Below, in pieces: positions 28,203-42,059 of a stretch of DNA of 64,000 nt (within the stretch, counting starts at the first letter, position 1; the number at the start of each line of letters is the position of its first letter). The position numbers were made by a program, and so were the translations under genes. The stretch comes from Octopus sinensis (taxonomy: Eukaryota): the NCBI RefSeq assembly GCF_006345805.1, contig NC_043004.1:94364001-94428000 (forward strand), in the 5' to 3' direction. The notes beneath the pieces were generated by a model. It worked only from the letters and a program-made list of their open reading frames with translations. It did no database searches and was not told the origin of the DNA.

Positions 28203-28890
28203 TAAGGCGGTGAACTGGCAGAATCGTTAACACGCTGGACGAAATGCTTAGCGGTATTTCGCCCGTCGCTACGTTCTGAGTTCAAATTCCACCAAGGTAG
28301 ACTTTACCTTTCATCCTTTTGGGGTCGATAAAATAAGTACCAGTTGAACACTGGGGTCAATGTAATCGATTGATCCCCTCTCCCAAAATTGCTTGGGGCA
28401 AAATCTGAAACCATTATTATTGTTATTATTAGTAATTAAGGCGGCGAGCTGGCATTTCGTCTGCCGCTACGTTCTGAGTTCAAATTCCGCCGAGGTCGAC
28501 TTCGCCTTTCATCCTTTCGGGGTCGAAAAACTAAGTACCAGTGAAACACTGGGGTCGATGTAATGGACTACTCCCCTCCCCCAAATTTCAGATCTTGGGC
28601 ATTTAGTAGAAAGGATTATTATTACTATTATTATTATTTAAGGCGGCGAGCTGGCAGAATTGTTAGCACGCTGGACGCAATGCTTAGCGGTATTTCACCC
28701 ATCTTTACGTTCCGAATTCAAATTCCGCCGGGGTCGACTTTGCCTCTCATCTTTTCGGGGATGATAGGATAAATTAAGTACTGAGGTCGTTGCAATCAAC
28801 TATCCACCTCCCCCAGATTTCAAGTACTGGGATCGATGTGATCGATCATCCCCCTCCCCACAAAAATCCAGTCCTTATGCCTATAGTAAA
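28203..28890 (+). mobile_element. Co-oriented array of ~4 SINE family A units separated by (ATT)n
   Basis: Repeated AAGGCGGCGAGCTGGCA heads. Confidence 0.88.
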
Positions 28891-28980
28891 AATTAGTAGT
28901 AGTAGTAGTAGTAATAGTAGTAGTAGTAGTATGCAAATCGCCTATCCTCCTCCACAAAATTTCAATATTATTATTATTAA

Positions 28981-29372
28981 AGGAAGATGAGGTTAGAGAG
29001 GAAAGTGCTGTCCGATAGCAAGTTTTATGAAAGGTGGGTGAATTGTGCGAGACTGGCCTGTATAAATGGACCAGTTCTCAGGTTTCGCCTGTGATTTCAA
29101 AGAAAAAGGTAATGTAAAAGGAGAAGAAAGGGGACTCTCTACACCCCCTTTTTTTGACCAGGCTCCCGTTGGCTTTTGTAGGGTTTTTTCCACCAGGAAC
29201 CTTTCGAGACGTCTCCCCCTTTTGGGAGTTTTTCATTGTTTTAATAATCATTGCTTTAAAGTTTTTTACACGGATTTTTTAACAAACGGACAAAACCCTT
29301 TGTAACCTTTCGTCCTGTCTTGTCCCTTTATGTAATCATGCGTGTCAGCCCTTGTGGCCAATAAAAAAGAAT
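28981..29372 (+). mobile_element. Tx1/L1-like LINE 3' end
   Basis: RKMRLERKVLSDSKFYERWVNCARLACINGPVLRFRL* (28981-29094) resembles the Tx1 ORF2 C-terminal F-x-x-R-W...C...L pattern. It is followed by a T-rich 3' UTR and an AATAAA-containing end. Confidence 0.6.
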
Positions 29373-30553
29373 TGATTATTATTATTATTGTTAATAAATA
29401 AGTATTATTATTATAAAAGTAATTGGTGTCGCTAACGTTTGACAAATGACATCAGATTTTCAATCATTTAATATACAAACAATGTGAACATTGTAAATCT
29501 CTATAATATTTAGGTTAACTTTACTTTTGTTTGCTTTTTATATTTCCTTCCCATCCGCCGACTCCTCTTCGTACACTATATGAAGATAGTTTTAATAACG
29601 ATGTTTATTTGACCTTCGGTAATATTGGCTCAGGTAAATAATAATCAATAACGTGATGACGTCTCGTCTGCTGCTACAATTACTTGCCATCATCACCTGG
29701 TAAATTATCTTCTCTTGCTTATCATTACACACACACACACACCTACGCACGCACACCTACACATGCACACCTACGCACACACACACATACTTACGCATGC
29801 AGACACAGACGCATACATATACGCATGCGCACACACACATGCATACAAATAAATGTATATTCATACACATGCATATGTGGGTCGCTCGACTAAAGGCGGT
29901 GCTCCAGCATGGCCGCAGTCAAATGACTGGAACAAGTAAAAGAGTAAAGAGCACACACACACACACACACACACATACACACATATACATACATACATAC
30001 TACATACATACATACATACATACATGCATACATACATACATACATACATACATAGCTACGACCCTAGGTTTCTGGTCACTGACGATCCGGAACCCCTTAT
30101 AATCAGGCACTAATTTGCATGCAGGGACTTCAAATTCTCACGGTTGCCAAACTAATTTACTGAGCAACCCTATTTCACGGTACGCTGAACAAGACCGTAT
30201 GAATAAACTTGTATAATTCATATCAATGTACAGGTGCTTGTATTTCATTTAATCGTTGCTGTAAATTTAGTATTTGTTTAATTTAGAGAATGTTGACCAA
30301 AGGTGACCACCCCTCAGTCGGAAAAATCTATAATCTGGAAAGGTTCCGGAAAATCGGCGTTGTACTTGTATAATCGAATGTTGTCCTCAGAAAAAAAAAA
30401 TTGGTATTATTTTTAGCTTTTTTTTAAAAACTATTTCAAAGTCGACGAGCTAGCAGAACCGTTAGCCCACCGGATAAAAACAGCCACGCTTAACATAATA
30501 ACAAGCATGCATATACACACAAGTATATACATACACACAGTCTTTTTGGAGAG

Positions 30554-30620
<67 letters not shown>

Positions 30621-30622
30621 GT

Positions 30623-30850
30623 GGAGGCGCAATGGCCCAGTGGTTAGGGCAGCGGACTAGCGGTCGTAGGGTCGCGGTTTCGATTCCCAGACCGGCCGTT
30701 GTGAGTGTTTATTGAGCGAAAACACCTAAAAGCTCCACGATGCTCCGGCAGGGGGTGTTGGCGATCCCTGCTGTACTCTTTCGCCACAAATTTCTCTCAC
30801 TTCTGTTCTTCTGTTGGCCTGCCCGCTTAGCCAGCGGGGTGGCGTCATCA
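30623..30850 (+). mobile_element. SINE family B, short distinct tail
   Basis: Full head plus shared core. Confidence 0.85.
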
Positions 30851-30929
30851 GTGGAGAATCTTCATTTGCTTTCTATTAGAACTATAGTTAAGGACATGAA
30901 GAATTTAAGATAATGTATCTCAGCATCAT

Positions 30930-31305
30930 AAGGTAGCGAGTTGGCAGAAGTGTTAGCAAGGCGGGCAAAATGTTTAAGTACTGGTTGCATACTGGAGTCG
31001 ATCTAATCGACTGGCCCTCTCTCCAAAAATTTCAGGCTTTGTGCCAAGAGTAGAAAAGAATATTTATTATACTGAAAAGTGGCGAGCTGGTAGAATCGTA
31101 AGCACGCCAGGCAAAATGCTTAGCGATATTTCGTCCGACTTTACGTTCTGAGTTCAAATTCCGCCGAGGTCGACTTTGTCTTTCATCCTTTTGGGGTCGA
31201 CATTGTCTTTCATCCTTTCGGGGTGGACAAAATAAGTATCAGTTTATCACTAGGGTCGATGTAATTGACCCTCCCCGCTTCCCCTAAAATTTGAAACGAA
31301 TATAT
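30930..31305 (+). mobile_element. Two SINE family A units
   Basis: Heads at ~30932 and ~31078, with central domain. Confidence 0.8.
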
Positions 31306-32116
31306 CTCAGCATCGATGTCGATATGCTGAAGGGTATTTTTGGCGGTCGATCTTCTGGTTGACAATTTTTGAGAATTTTCAAAAGTCCTTTGATGAGCAT
31401 TGCTGTTGATGATGGAACTGCATTGCCGATTAGGGATAAACTCTTTAGATATATCATTTCTGCACTCGTGAAGATCACAGTATCAACATACTTGAGCAAT
31501 GAATTACCAGAAGCTTTCACTTCTGTGGTAGCTCTGGTGACAAAAATAGTGTGGAGAATGTGACCGACAGAATTGACGATTCGTTTGATTTTGACTTCTG
31601 TATCACCCTCACTCCCTATCCATCTGTCTCTGTTTCTCTCTCTTTCACCCCCTCTCTCAAACTTCATCAACTCCTTCAAGCACCACTTAAAAAATAGAGA
31701 TTGAAGTATTGCCGCCCTTTAATAAATATCATGAAACATAGAAGAAAGTAGGGGAAATGGGTTGTGATGAAAGGACTCACTCTTCAGTTTCTCTTGAAAG
31801 TTGTATTTAGTGGAGAAGAAAGGATAGTTGAGGTATTTATATATTTTTGTATCCCTTTATCCTCCCTAAGTGGCTCTTCTCCACATTTGTAGACATATCT
31901 TAATAGTACAAAGCATAATGTGTGTGTGTGTGTGTGTCTGTCTTTGTGAATCCCTAAAACTTGAGAACTACACAACCAATTTCATTCAAATTTTACACAT
32001 GCTTTACTTAGGGACCATGGAGTTTCATGGGCAAGGCTCTGGGCGCCATCGGGCTCACTTTCCACGGCTACGACACCACAGTATATATACATACATATAT
32101 ACATGTACATATATGG

Positions 32117-32154
<38 letters not shown>

Positions 32155-32334
32155 ATATATACATGTATATGTATAGATGTATTTCTATAGATATACATGT
32201 ATGTCTAGATGTATATATCTATATAGATGTACATGTAATATACATACACATATATATACACATATATACATGCATACATATATACACCCATACACACACC
32301 TCCAATAACCCCCCCACACACACACACATACATA

Positions 32335-32745
32335 GGTGAAGGTATGGTTGTGTGGTAACAAACTTGGTTCCAAAACACATGATCCTTAGTTCAGTCTCAC
32401 TGTGTGGTAACTTGGCATGTGTCTTCTGCTAAAGCCTTAGACCAACCAAAGCCTTGTTAGTGGATTTTGTAGACATAAACTGAAAGAAATCAATTGTATG
32501 TATATGTATGTATATATGTAAGTCTATGTGTGTGTCTTTGTATTTCTCCCTCATTACTGCTTCCCAACTGGTGTTTGTTTATTTACATCCCCATAACTTA
32601 CTGGTTTCACAAGAAGAAACTGATAGAATAAGTACCAGGCTTATCAAAATATAGAAAAGCACTACGCAGTGTCTCATATTTTTGCTTGCCCACTCAGTTG
32701 TATCTATCAATTTATCTTCGTGTGTGTGTGTGTGTGTATATGTAT

Positions 32746-32790
<45 letters not shown>
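32335..32790 (+). mobile_element. Diverged SINE family C plus flank, partly duplicated at 35573-35860
   Basis: Family C modules; the 3' half is repeated after the RTE. Confidence 0.75.
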
Positions 32791-32792
<2 letters not shown>

Positions 32793-32859
32793 ATTTCGTA
32801 GATAGGAACTGAAACAAATCAATCGTATATATATGAATGTATACATGTAGGTGTGTGTG

Positions 32860-35572
32860 TTTTGATATTGGCAACATGAATGACAATAGTCAGAGACTAC
32901 TTGAATTTTGCACATACCATAACCCGTGCGTCACTAACAGACTCTTTGCAACAAGACATCCCACAAGGCATCTTGGAGACATCCAAGATCTCACCACTGG
33001 CATCAGCGTGATCCTTTTTGAATTCTGTTCAACTGACCCGTAGTTACCACAGTGCGGATTGTGACATACATCATTCACTAATAAGAAGCAGAGTGAGGAT
33101 TCTGCCTAAGAAAGTCCATCACTCTAAGAAAATGGGCCGACCACGCATTAACACTGCCAGAACCTCGGACCCTACACTGCGAAAATGTTTTGCTGTTTCT
33201 ATCAAGGTTGCCCTCAGTAGCTGCCCAACCTCCTCTGCTGAAAGTAGGTGGAATTATATCAGGGAAGCTTTGTATACCACATCAATAGATACTTTCGGCA
33301 TGAGAGAAAGGCAAAACCCAGATTGGTTCAGTACTGGGCTCTCAGAGCTGGAAACAGTTATCCAAACAAAGCGTGTAGCTCTGATGCAATGCAAGAGTGA
33401 TTCTTCTACAAAGTCACTCGAAGAACTCAGAAAGGCAAGAAATAAAACCCAACTGACTGCCAGACGCTGTGCAAATAGGTATTGGCAGGAAATCTGTCAG
33501 AGTATCCAGTCAGCTGCTGACAGTGGCGACACCCATGGGATGTATGCCAGTTTGAAGAAGGCCCTCGGTCCATCCGCAACCAAGTCAGCCCCTCTAAAAT
33601 CAACTACTGGAGATCTCATCAAGGACCAAAGCAAGCAAATGGATAGATGGGTGGAGTACTACCAGGATCTCTACTCACGAGAGACAACGGTAGCTGAGGC
33701 TGCAATCGAGGGTGTCAAGATCTTGCCAGTCATGGGTGAACTTGACAGTCTTCCATCTATAGCAGAGCTCACCAAGGCCTATTGACTCCCTAGCAAGTAA
33801 CAATGCTCCGGGAAAAGACGTCATCCCCTTAGAGATCATCAAAACCGGCAAAAACACTATCCTGGTCGACACCTTCATGAGCTTCTGTGTCAGTGCTGGG
33901 GAGAGGGTACAGTCCCTCAGGATATGCGGAATGCTAACATCATTACGCTTTACAAAAACGAAGGTGTACGTGATGACTGTAACAATTTCCGTGGAATATC
34001 ACTTCTAAGCAATGTTGGAAAGGCTTTTGCTCGCGTTATCCTATCCAAGCTATTACTGCTTGCTTCTCGAATTTATCCAGAATCGCAGTGTGGCTTTAAA
34101 AGAAGCAGATTAACTATTGACATGATATTCTCCATACGCCAACTTCAGGAGAAGTCCAGAGAGTAGAAAATGCCATTATATATGGCCTTCATTGATCTGA
34201 CAAAGGCCTTTGACTTGGTAAATAGAAAAGGCCTCTTCATCCTACCCCAAAAATCGGATGACCACCAAAGCTGCTGAGAATCATCAAATCTTTCCATGAT
34301 GATATGCAAGGCACCATACAGCACAATGGTTCAATATCAACCGCTTTCCAAATAAAAAACGGGGTAAAGCAAGGTTGTGCCCTTGCTCCTACATTATTTG
34401 GCATCTTCTCGCTGATGCTATCACATGCTTTTAAGACATCAGATGATGGAGTGTTTCTGCACAGTAGAAGTGACGGGAAACTGTTCAATCTCTCGCGTCT
34501 GCGTGTCAAGACCAAAATCAGAAGCGTCCTGATCAAGGAGGTGCTATTTGCTAATGAGGCCGCGCTGGTATCACACACAGAAGAAGCCCTACAAAGGCTC
34601 ATCAACTGTTTTGAGCAAGCATGTAGCGACTTTGGCTTAGTTATCAGCCTCAAGAAGACCAACATCATGGGTCAGGTTACATCGGACATCCCAAACATAC
34701 ATACTGGTGACCACAGACTACAAGAGGTGGAGAAGTTTACCTATCTTAGCTCTACCGTCAGCTACAACCTATCCGTTGATGCTGAGCTCAATATACGCAT
34801 TGGCAAAGCAGCTGCTGTGATGGACCAACTATCCAAACGGGCATGGGACAACAATTAGCTGACCAAGACCAAAAAATGAATATTTACCAGGCATGTTTAC
34901 TTAGCACTCTACTGTATGGAAGTGAGACTTGGACGCCATACATACGCCATACGGCGTCATACGTCGCCTAAATATCTTTCACCTGCGCTGCCTCCGGAAA
35001 ATCTTTCGCATCAAATGGCAGAATCATGTCCGAAACAAAGATGTCCCCAAGCAAGCAGGAATACCAAGCATGTTTGCACTCCTCACACAAAGACGTATGA
35101 GATGGCTTGGACATGTTAGCTGTATGGAAGATGGCAGAATTCCCAAGGACATACTCTACGGAGAGCTTGCTAGGGTCACTAGGTCTGTGGGAAGACCGTG
35201 CTTACGATACAAGGATGTTTGCAAAAGGGACATGAATACCTGCAACATCAATATTACCAACTGGGAAGCAGTTGCCAGCAACCGTGGAGATTGGCCACGC
35301 ACCGTAAAAGAGGGAATACAAAGGAGTGACAGAGAGAGAGAGAGAGGAGAAATGGAAAGACAAGAAAAGACGTCAACAAGAAACTATGACATTACAACCA
35401 GCCAGGCAAAGTCTTCGCTACATTTGCGGCACCTGCCAGAGGGAGTGTTTTCCAGGATAGGACTACACAGCCACAGCAGGAGATGTATTAGGACATGAAA
35501 TGTAAAAGCCGGACTAGATTATTTTATGCGCAACTCTATTGTCTCCCGAGACAAAAAGGATGCCAGCAACAA
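32860..35572 (+). mobile_element. RTE-clade LINE, 5'-truncated, degraded ORF2 (end of APE endonuclease plus RT)
   Basis: Consecutive ORF pieces: NMNDNSQRLLEFC; YHSADCDIHHSLI; ANIITLYKNEG..DCNNFRGISLLS; YPESQCGF; GVKQGCALAPTLF; LFANE (LFADD-like); RRMRWLGHVSCMEDGRIPKDILYGEL. RTE-type end TTGTCTCCCGAGACAAAAAGGATGCCAGCAACAA. Confidence 0.93.
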
Positions 35573-35849
35573 TATATATGGATTTCGTAGACAAATCAAT
35601 CGTATATATATATGTATATATATATATATGTAAGTGTATGTGTGTGTCTTTGTCTCTGTGTTTCGTACTCATCACTGCTTCACAACTGCTGTTCATTTAT
35701 TTACATCCACTTAACTTACTGGTTTCACAAGAACAAAATAATACAATAAGTACCAGGCTTATCAACATAAAAAAGCACTAGGCTGTGTCTCATATTTTTG
35801 TTTGCCCAATCAGTTGTATCTATCAATTTATCTTTGTATGTGTGTGTGT

Positions 35850-35858
35850 ATATATCTA

Positions 35859-35898
<40 letters not shown>

Positions 35899-35899
35899 A

Positions 35900-35980
<81 letters not shown>
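35850..35980. repeat. (ATCT)n microsatellite
   Basis: Directly visible. Confidence 0.95.
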
Positions 35981-37254
35981 CATATATATATATAACCCTA
36001 ATGGGAGCCTTAACTCCCAAATTATAGTCATTTATTTTTTTATCCAAAACTAGGTCAAAACTACTGAATGGATCTTTATGAAATTTGGAAATTCTATACA
36101 TAAGGGCCATAATCCCATGACAATTCATATTTTTTTGCTGTTGAGGAAATTTTAACCATAAATATTAGACACAAATGAAGTAATATTTATAAAATTTCAT
36201 CTTCTTACAAGTTATAAAGACCCCACCATGGGGACTTAACACCCACAATTTTGTCATTTTATCAAAGCAAAAACGAATACAGTTGTGCTCTTGGAAGCTG
36301 TAGGGTTACCCGAGCATAAAAGTTGAGCATTATTTGTAATTCAATGGTACAACAGTGTATGAGTTTTCTTTGACATACACTTACATTGTGATTTCTGCAA
36401 TATGCTACATAAATTGTCAAGTAAATGAGAGGCATATTTGCCTCCACTGATTCAGTTGCAAAGTGTTGAGTAAAGTTATTTGATTGCAGACCTCCTTTCA
36501 GTCTTTTTATTATCACTCGGTCACACATTGTCCCCAGATGGTAACATTGATTTCAAGGCCTTCATAGATGAGTGACTGGTTATTCAAAGACGTTTATAGA
36601 TTGTAAATTTATTCTGTCCAGTTACATATCAGTATAGTGGTCATTTGCAAACTCCAAATTTCATTTCTCCTTAGCCCTCACATCTCACAGTTGTTAATAT
36701 TTATTTCAGTTGGGTCACGCCCTTCCAATTGCTATAGATTCGTAATGAATCTTACGGCTGTGCCTGTCACCTGGTAGGGTAACTGACTGCTTATTGTGAT
36801 CATTCGTCTTTTGCTTTCCTGTAGCTTTGCTCTCTTTTACAAACCCAGTGGACATATATTTCATATTTTAAAGAAATTCAAACAATAGATATAAAACCCA
36901 AGTAAAAAAGATTCTCAACAATTCAACTTCTCTGGTTGACATTAATATGCCCACCCCAACAGGGGCCTTAACTCTCACATTTTAGAGCTCTATGACCTTC
37001 ATTTTTCAGGAGCAAAATCTTTTTAACAGGTTCAATAAGACTGGAATTTTGGAATATGCGCATAAAAATCAGTAGTAAGGGATATATGTGGCACGATTAC
37101 AATTTTTAGGGTGTGTGTAAAGAGGGAAATAACCCTCGTCTGCAATTTTGATGAAAATTGAAACAGAGATATTCCAGTGCATTAGAGAAAATATAACAGA
37201 AAAGTCTAATTCTGCAATTGTATGTAATTCGGGCAACGCCGGGTATCTCTACTA

Positions 37255-37255
<1 letters not shown>
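35977..37255 (+). mobile_element. Probable non-autonomous Helitron (~1.3 kb)
   Basis: The 3' end CGGGCAACGCCGGG...CTAG|T at 37255 matches the other Helitron ends. The putative 5' A|TCTACATATATATATATAA at 35977 is less certain. Confidence 0.5.
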
Positions 37256-37343
<88 letters not shown>

Positions 37344-37348
37344 GTATA

Positions 37349-37530
37349 GTTAATCCAAACATGAACAAAGAGAAAACACAACAACGCGAGGACGTGGAAC
37401 AAGTATAGTGTCATTGGACGCTCAGGAAAGGAAAGAAAGGATGATTTAACGTTTCGAGTGGAGCTCTTCGTCAGAAACATAAAAAAGTAAAGGTCCAAGG
37501 AAGGGAAGACGGAGAAAGAAATAGGGACGG
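37349..37530 (-). mobile_element. Solo Penelope-like 3' end
   Basis: Homologous to 21005-21219 and abuts (TA)n. Confidence 0.8.
37444..37480 (-). ncRNA. Minimal type I hammerhead motif
   Basis: Minus strand ATGTTT-CTGACGA-A-GAG(CTCCA)CTC-GAAA-CG-TT-AAAT. Confidence 0.72.
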
Positions 37531-38104
37531 TATACTTACCCGCGTGTGTGTATATATGTATGTATGTATTTGTATATGTGCGTTTGTATGTGTGTAAGGG
37601 TATTCGAACTTCCAATTTTGCATACGTAAAGATGTGTATGTTTATACAAGGATATATGAACAGCGCATGTATGATGCAAGCATTAACTGGTAGAGAACGT
37701 TATAGGATTATAACAAGATCTATTAATAAAGAAGTGAATTATGGTCATTCCGTGTCTTATATTAACACCGTTACCCTACCAAGTACATCAGTATATGCTT
37801 TAATATGCACCCGCACGTCTGTTTTTATGTATGTATGTACGTATGTATGTGTGCATGCATGCATGTGTGTATGTATGCATGCATGTGTATCTATGCATGT
37901 ATGTATGTATAAATGAATGTATGTATTTATGCGTGTATGTATATTTGTTTGACAGCCTTCGACTTTTTCTATTCAAAGGGGTTTTAAGTCAATATTTACA
38001 TACTATTATTCATAGCCGTATATGCTTCGAGATTCACCGTTCCAAGGAAGACAAAAAGAATTATTTACACTGTAATACTTAGTAATTTGCCTTTTATACT
38101 TTGA

Positions 38105-38146
<42 letters not shown>

Positions 38147-38254
38147 CAGACTATTTCTGTTGCTCCAATATCAAAACAAATATCTCGAATCTAAGTGGCC
38201 CTTGTGACAAATACGGAAACAGTTATGAATTTTGGGCGAGAAAGATGACTATAT

Positions 38255-38550
38255 ATTGTTTTACTTGTTTCAGTCATTTGATTGTGACCATGCTTGAATA
38301 CCGCTCTGAAGGGTTTTTACGGGGACGTAAATACACCAACACCGGTTGTCAAACGGTGACGGGGAACAAATACGGACACAAAAACACGCATATATATGAC
38401 GGGATTCTTTCCGTTTCAGACTACCAAATCCACTCACGAGGCTTTGGTCGACCCAATGCCATAGTAGAAGAGACTTGCCCGAGGTGCCACGCTGAGGGAC
38501 TGAACCAGGAACCATATGTTTGGGAAACAAGGTTCTTACCACACAGCCAT
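38255..38550 (-). mobile_element. SINE family C
   Basis: Family modules in reverse complement. Confidence 0.8.
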
Positions 38551-38552
38551 CC

Positions 38553-38706
<154 letters not shown>

Positions 38707-39033
38707 TGTCTATGCATAAGGGCCATAATCCCATGACAATTCATATTTTTTGCTGTTGAGGAAATTTTAACCATAGATATTAGACACAAATGAATTAAAC
38801 AGCCGAAATCTGCGATGAGGGATCAGTTTCTGACTGAAGAATGAAGGATTTGAATGACCCGTTTGTCTTTTTGTTCGTCCCTTCGTGTATTTCACGTTAT
38901 TTATTTATGTAAAGGTTTATTATATATATATATATATAAGGTTAATCCAAACGGGAAAACAGAAAAAACAACAACACGTGGAACAATTACAGTATTATTA
39001 TTATTAGGCGCTCAGGAAAATGGAAGAAGGAGG

Positions 39034-39070
39034 GTATGACGTTTCGAGCGGAGCTCTTCGTCGGAAACAT
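39034..39070 (-). ncRNA. Minimal type I hammerhead motif at the 3' end of the Penelope-like element
   Basis: ATGTTT-CCGACGA-A-GAGC(TCC)GCTC-GAAA-CG-TC-ATAC: 4-bp stem II, GUC site, U4C change in the core. Confidence 0.68.
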
Positions 39071-42059
39071 AGGAGAAAGAAAGATCCCGTGACGGGAGGA
39101 CAGAGGAAAAAAAATTGCAGGTAGTCTTCACGAGGTCACATACTGAAAAGACGGAAGTTGTAAAAAAGGAGGAAAATGTTTTTTAAAAACAGGAGAGCTG
39201 AATCAAAGAGGGAATGGTAAAAAAAGGTGTGCGAGAAAACGAGGGTGTGTGTATGTGTGTGTATGGTGGACAGTGGCTAGTAGCAGGCAGTAGTAGAGTT
39301 AAAGGAGTGTGTGGGGGTACCCTAGCAAGTGAGAAAGGCAGGTCAGAAACAGGGAGGTATGTGTGTGTGCGTGTGTATGTATGTGTGAGTGTGTGCGTGT
39401 GCGTGTGTGTATGTGTGTGTGAGGCGAGATAAAAAAAACAGAAAATATGTATATGATAGTGCGTGCAGGGCGAACAGATGACAAGCAAGTCTCGAGTGAG
39501 TGGTCAGTGGTAAAAAATGGGAGGAAGGAGGGAAGAAGGGAAGGAGGGAAGAAGGGAAGGAGGGAAAGGGTGGGGGCGTATGTAACGTGCCAGTGTGTGT
39601 GTAGAGTGGTAGTGTGTCCAGTGTGCGTAGTTGTGTGTATGGCAAGTAAATTTGAAGTGTGTGTAAGTGTAATGTATATATATATGCAAATGTGTGTGTG
39701 TGAGTGGGTGTGTGTATGTGTGTGCGTGTGTGTACAAAGAGGGGGGGTTAAGAAAAAAAACTGCAGCGGAGGGGGGGAGGGGAAGATGGAAGAGTGGTCC
39801 CGCGGCGACAGGCGTGGGAGAACCCAAAGACATGCGCCGGCCCCAGATACGTACAGGAGATCTAGTCGGTCAAACCACGAGCGTGGTGCATGCATGCGCG
39901 TATGCGTGCGCGAACGTGCACAAGCGTGTATGTGCGCGCGCCTGCGAGTGTGTGTGTAAGTATGTATGTGTGTGGATGTGTGAGTGTGCCTGTGTGTAAG
40001 TCTGGGTGTCAGTGTGTCCGATGAATGTATGTAAGTATGTGTGTGTATGTGTGTGTATATAGATGTATGTCCGTGTGTGTGTGTGTGTGTGTATGTGTAT
40101 GAGTGTGTATGTATGTACGTGTGTGTGTGTGGAAGTGTGTGTAGGTGCATGTGTATGCGCGTACATGCAGGTGTGTGAGTGAGTGTGTGTGTGTATGTAT
40201 GTGTGAGTGTGTATGTCTGTGTGTGTAGGATGCATGTGTGTGTATGGGTGTATGTATGTGTGTGTGTGTATGTGTGTGTACGTGCGTGTGTGTGTGTGTA
40301 TGCATGTATGTATGTATGCGTATGCATGTGCGTATGTGTGTGTGTATGTGTGTGTGCATGTGTGTAGGTATATATGTATGTGCGTATATGTGTGTGTATG
40401 TGCGTACATGTGTGTGTGTATGCATATGTGTGTATGTAGGTGTGTAGGCGTGTGTGTATAGGTGTATGTATGTAAGTATGTATGGGTGTGTCCGTGTGTG
40501 TGTGTGTATGCATGTGTGTGTATGTAGGTGTGTGGGCGTGTGTGTATAGGTGTATGTATGTATGTATGGGTGTGTCCGTGTGTGTTTGTGTGTGTGTGCG
40601 TATGCATGTGTATGTAGGTGTGTGTGTACGTGTATAATATATGTATGTATGCGTGTGTATGCGTGTGTGTGTGTATGTAGGTGCGTATGTATGTGTGTGG
40701 GAGTGTAGGTGTGTGTGTGCGTGTATGTGTGCGTGTGCGTGTTTATGTTGGTGTGTATGCATGTGAGTGTGAGTGTATGGGTGTTAGTCATGCATGTGTG
40801 TGCGCGTGCAGTCGAGTGTGTGTGTAAGTATGTGTGTGTGTATGTGTGAGTGTGTATGTGTGTATGTCTGTGTGTATGTATGTGCGTATAGGAGTATGTA
40901 AGTATGTGTATGTGTATGTGTGTGGGTGTATGTATGTATGTATGTGTGTGTGTGCATGTGTGTAAGTATATGTGTGTGTGTGCGTATGTATGTGTATGTG
41001 TATGTGTGTGTGTTTATGTATGTGTGTATGTATGTGTGTAGGCGTGTGTGTATAGGTGTATGTATGTATGGGTGTGTGTCTGTGAGTGTTTGTGTGTGTG
41101 TGTAGGTATGTGTGTATGTATGAGTGAAGGTATGGCTGTGTAGGTGTGTGTGTGTATGAATGTAAGTGTGTGTGTGTACAAGTGTAATGTATGTATGTAG
41201 GTGTGTGTGTGTATGTGTGAGTGTGCGTGTGTATGTGTGTTTGTGTGTATGCGTGTGAGTGTGAGTGTATGGGTGTATGTGTATGTCTGAAGTAGGTATG
41301 TGTGTGTATGTATGTATGTGTGTGTGTGCGGGTATGTGTGTGTGTGTGTATGTGTGTGTGTAAGTGTGTGTGTAAGTAGGTGTGCGTGTATGTATGTGGG
41401 TAGGGATGCATGCGTGTGTGTGGGTATGTATATATACATACGCACGCACACACCCGTAGCACGCCCACACACACGAAGCACGCTCACACACGCAACACAC
41501 AAACAATACAACGCAAGCCCATGGGGCCGACCAACCACCAGCACGCGCTAAGGCGTGCGCGCGCGGGGGCCCCCGAACGACCCGCTCCACGGGAACCGAG
41601 GATCCATCAACCAAAACCAGAAAGCAGAAAAGAGGGGGGTTTGCCTGGGTGCAAATAGGTGTATGTGTGTGTGCATTCGTGTAAAGGTGTGCATGTGTGG
41701 GTATGTGTGTATGTATGTGTGTGTGCGTACATGTATGTGTGCATGTGTGTGTGTGTATGTAAGTATAGGTGTGTGAAGTATGTATGTGCGATGTGTGTGT
41801 GTGTATGTATGTGCGTATGTATGTGTGTATGTATGTGTGTATGTATGTCTGTGTGTGTGTGTGTGTGTAAGTATGTATGTGTGTGTGTGTATGTATGTAT
41901 GTGTGTATGTATGTGCATGTTGGTTTGTATGTTAGTGTGTGCATGTATGTCTATAAGTATGTGTGATTAAATGTGTGAATGTGTGTACGTAGATGTGTAT
42001 CCGTATGTGTGTGTGTGAACAGGCGTGTGGGATGTAGGTAGGTGTGTGTGTGGGGGTGT

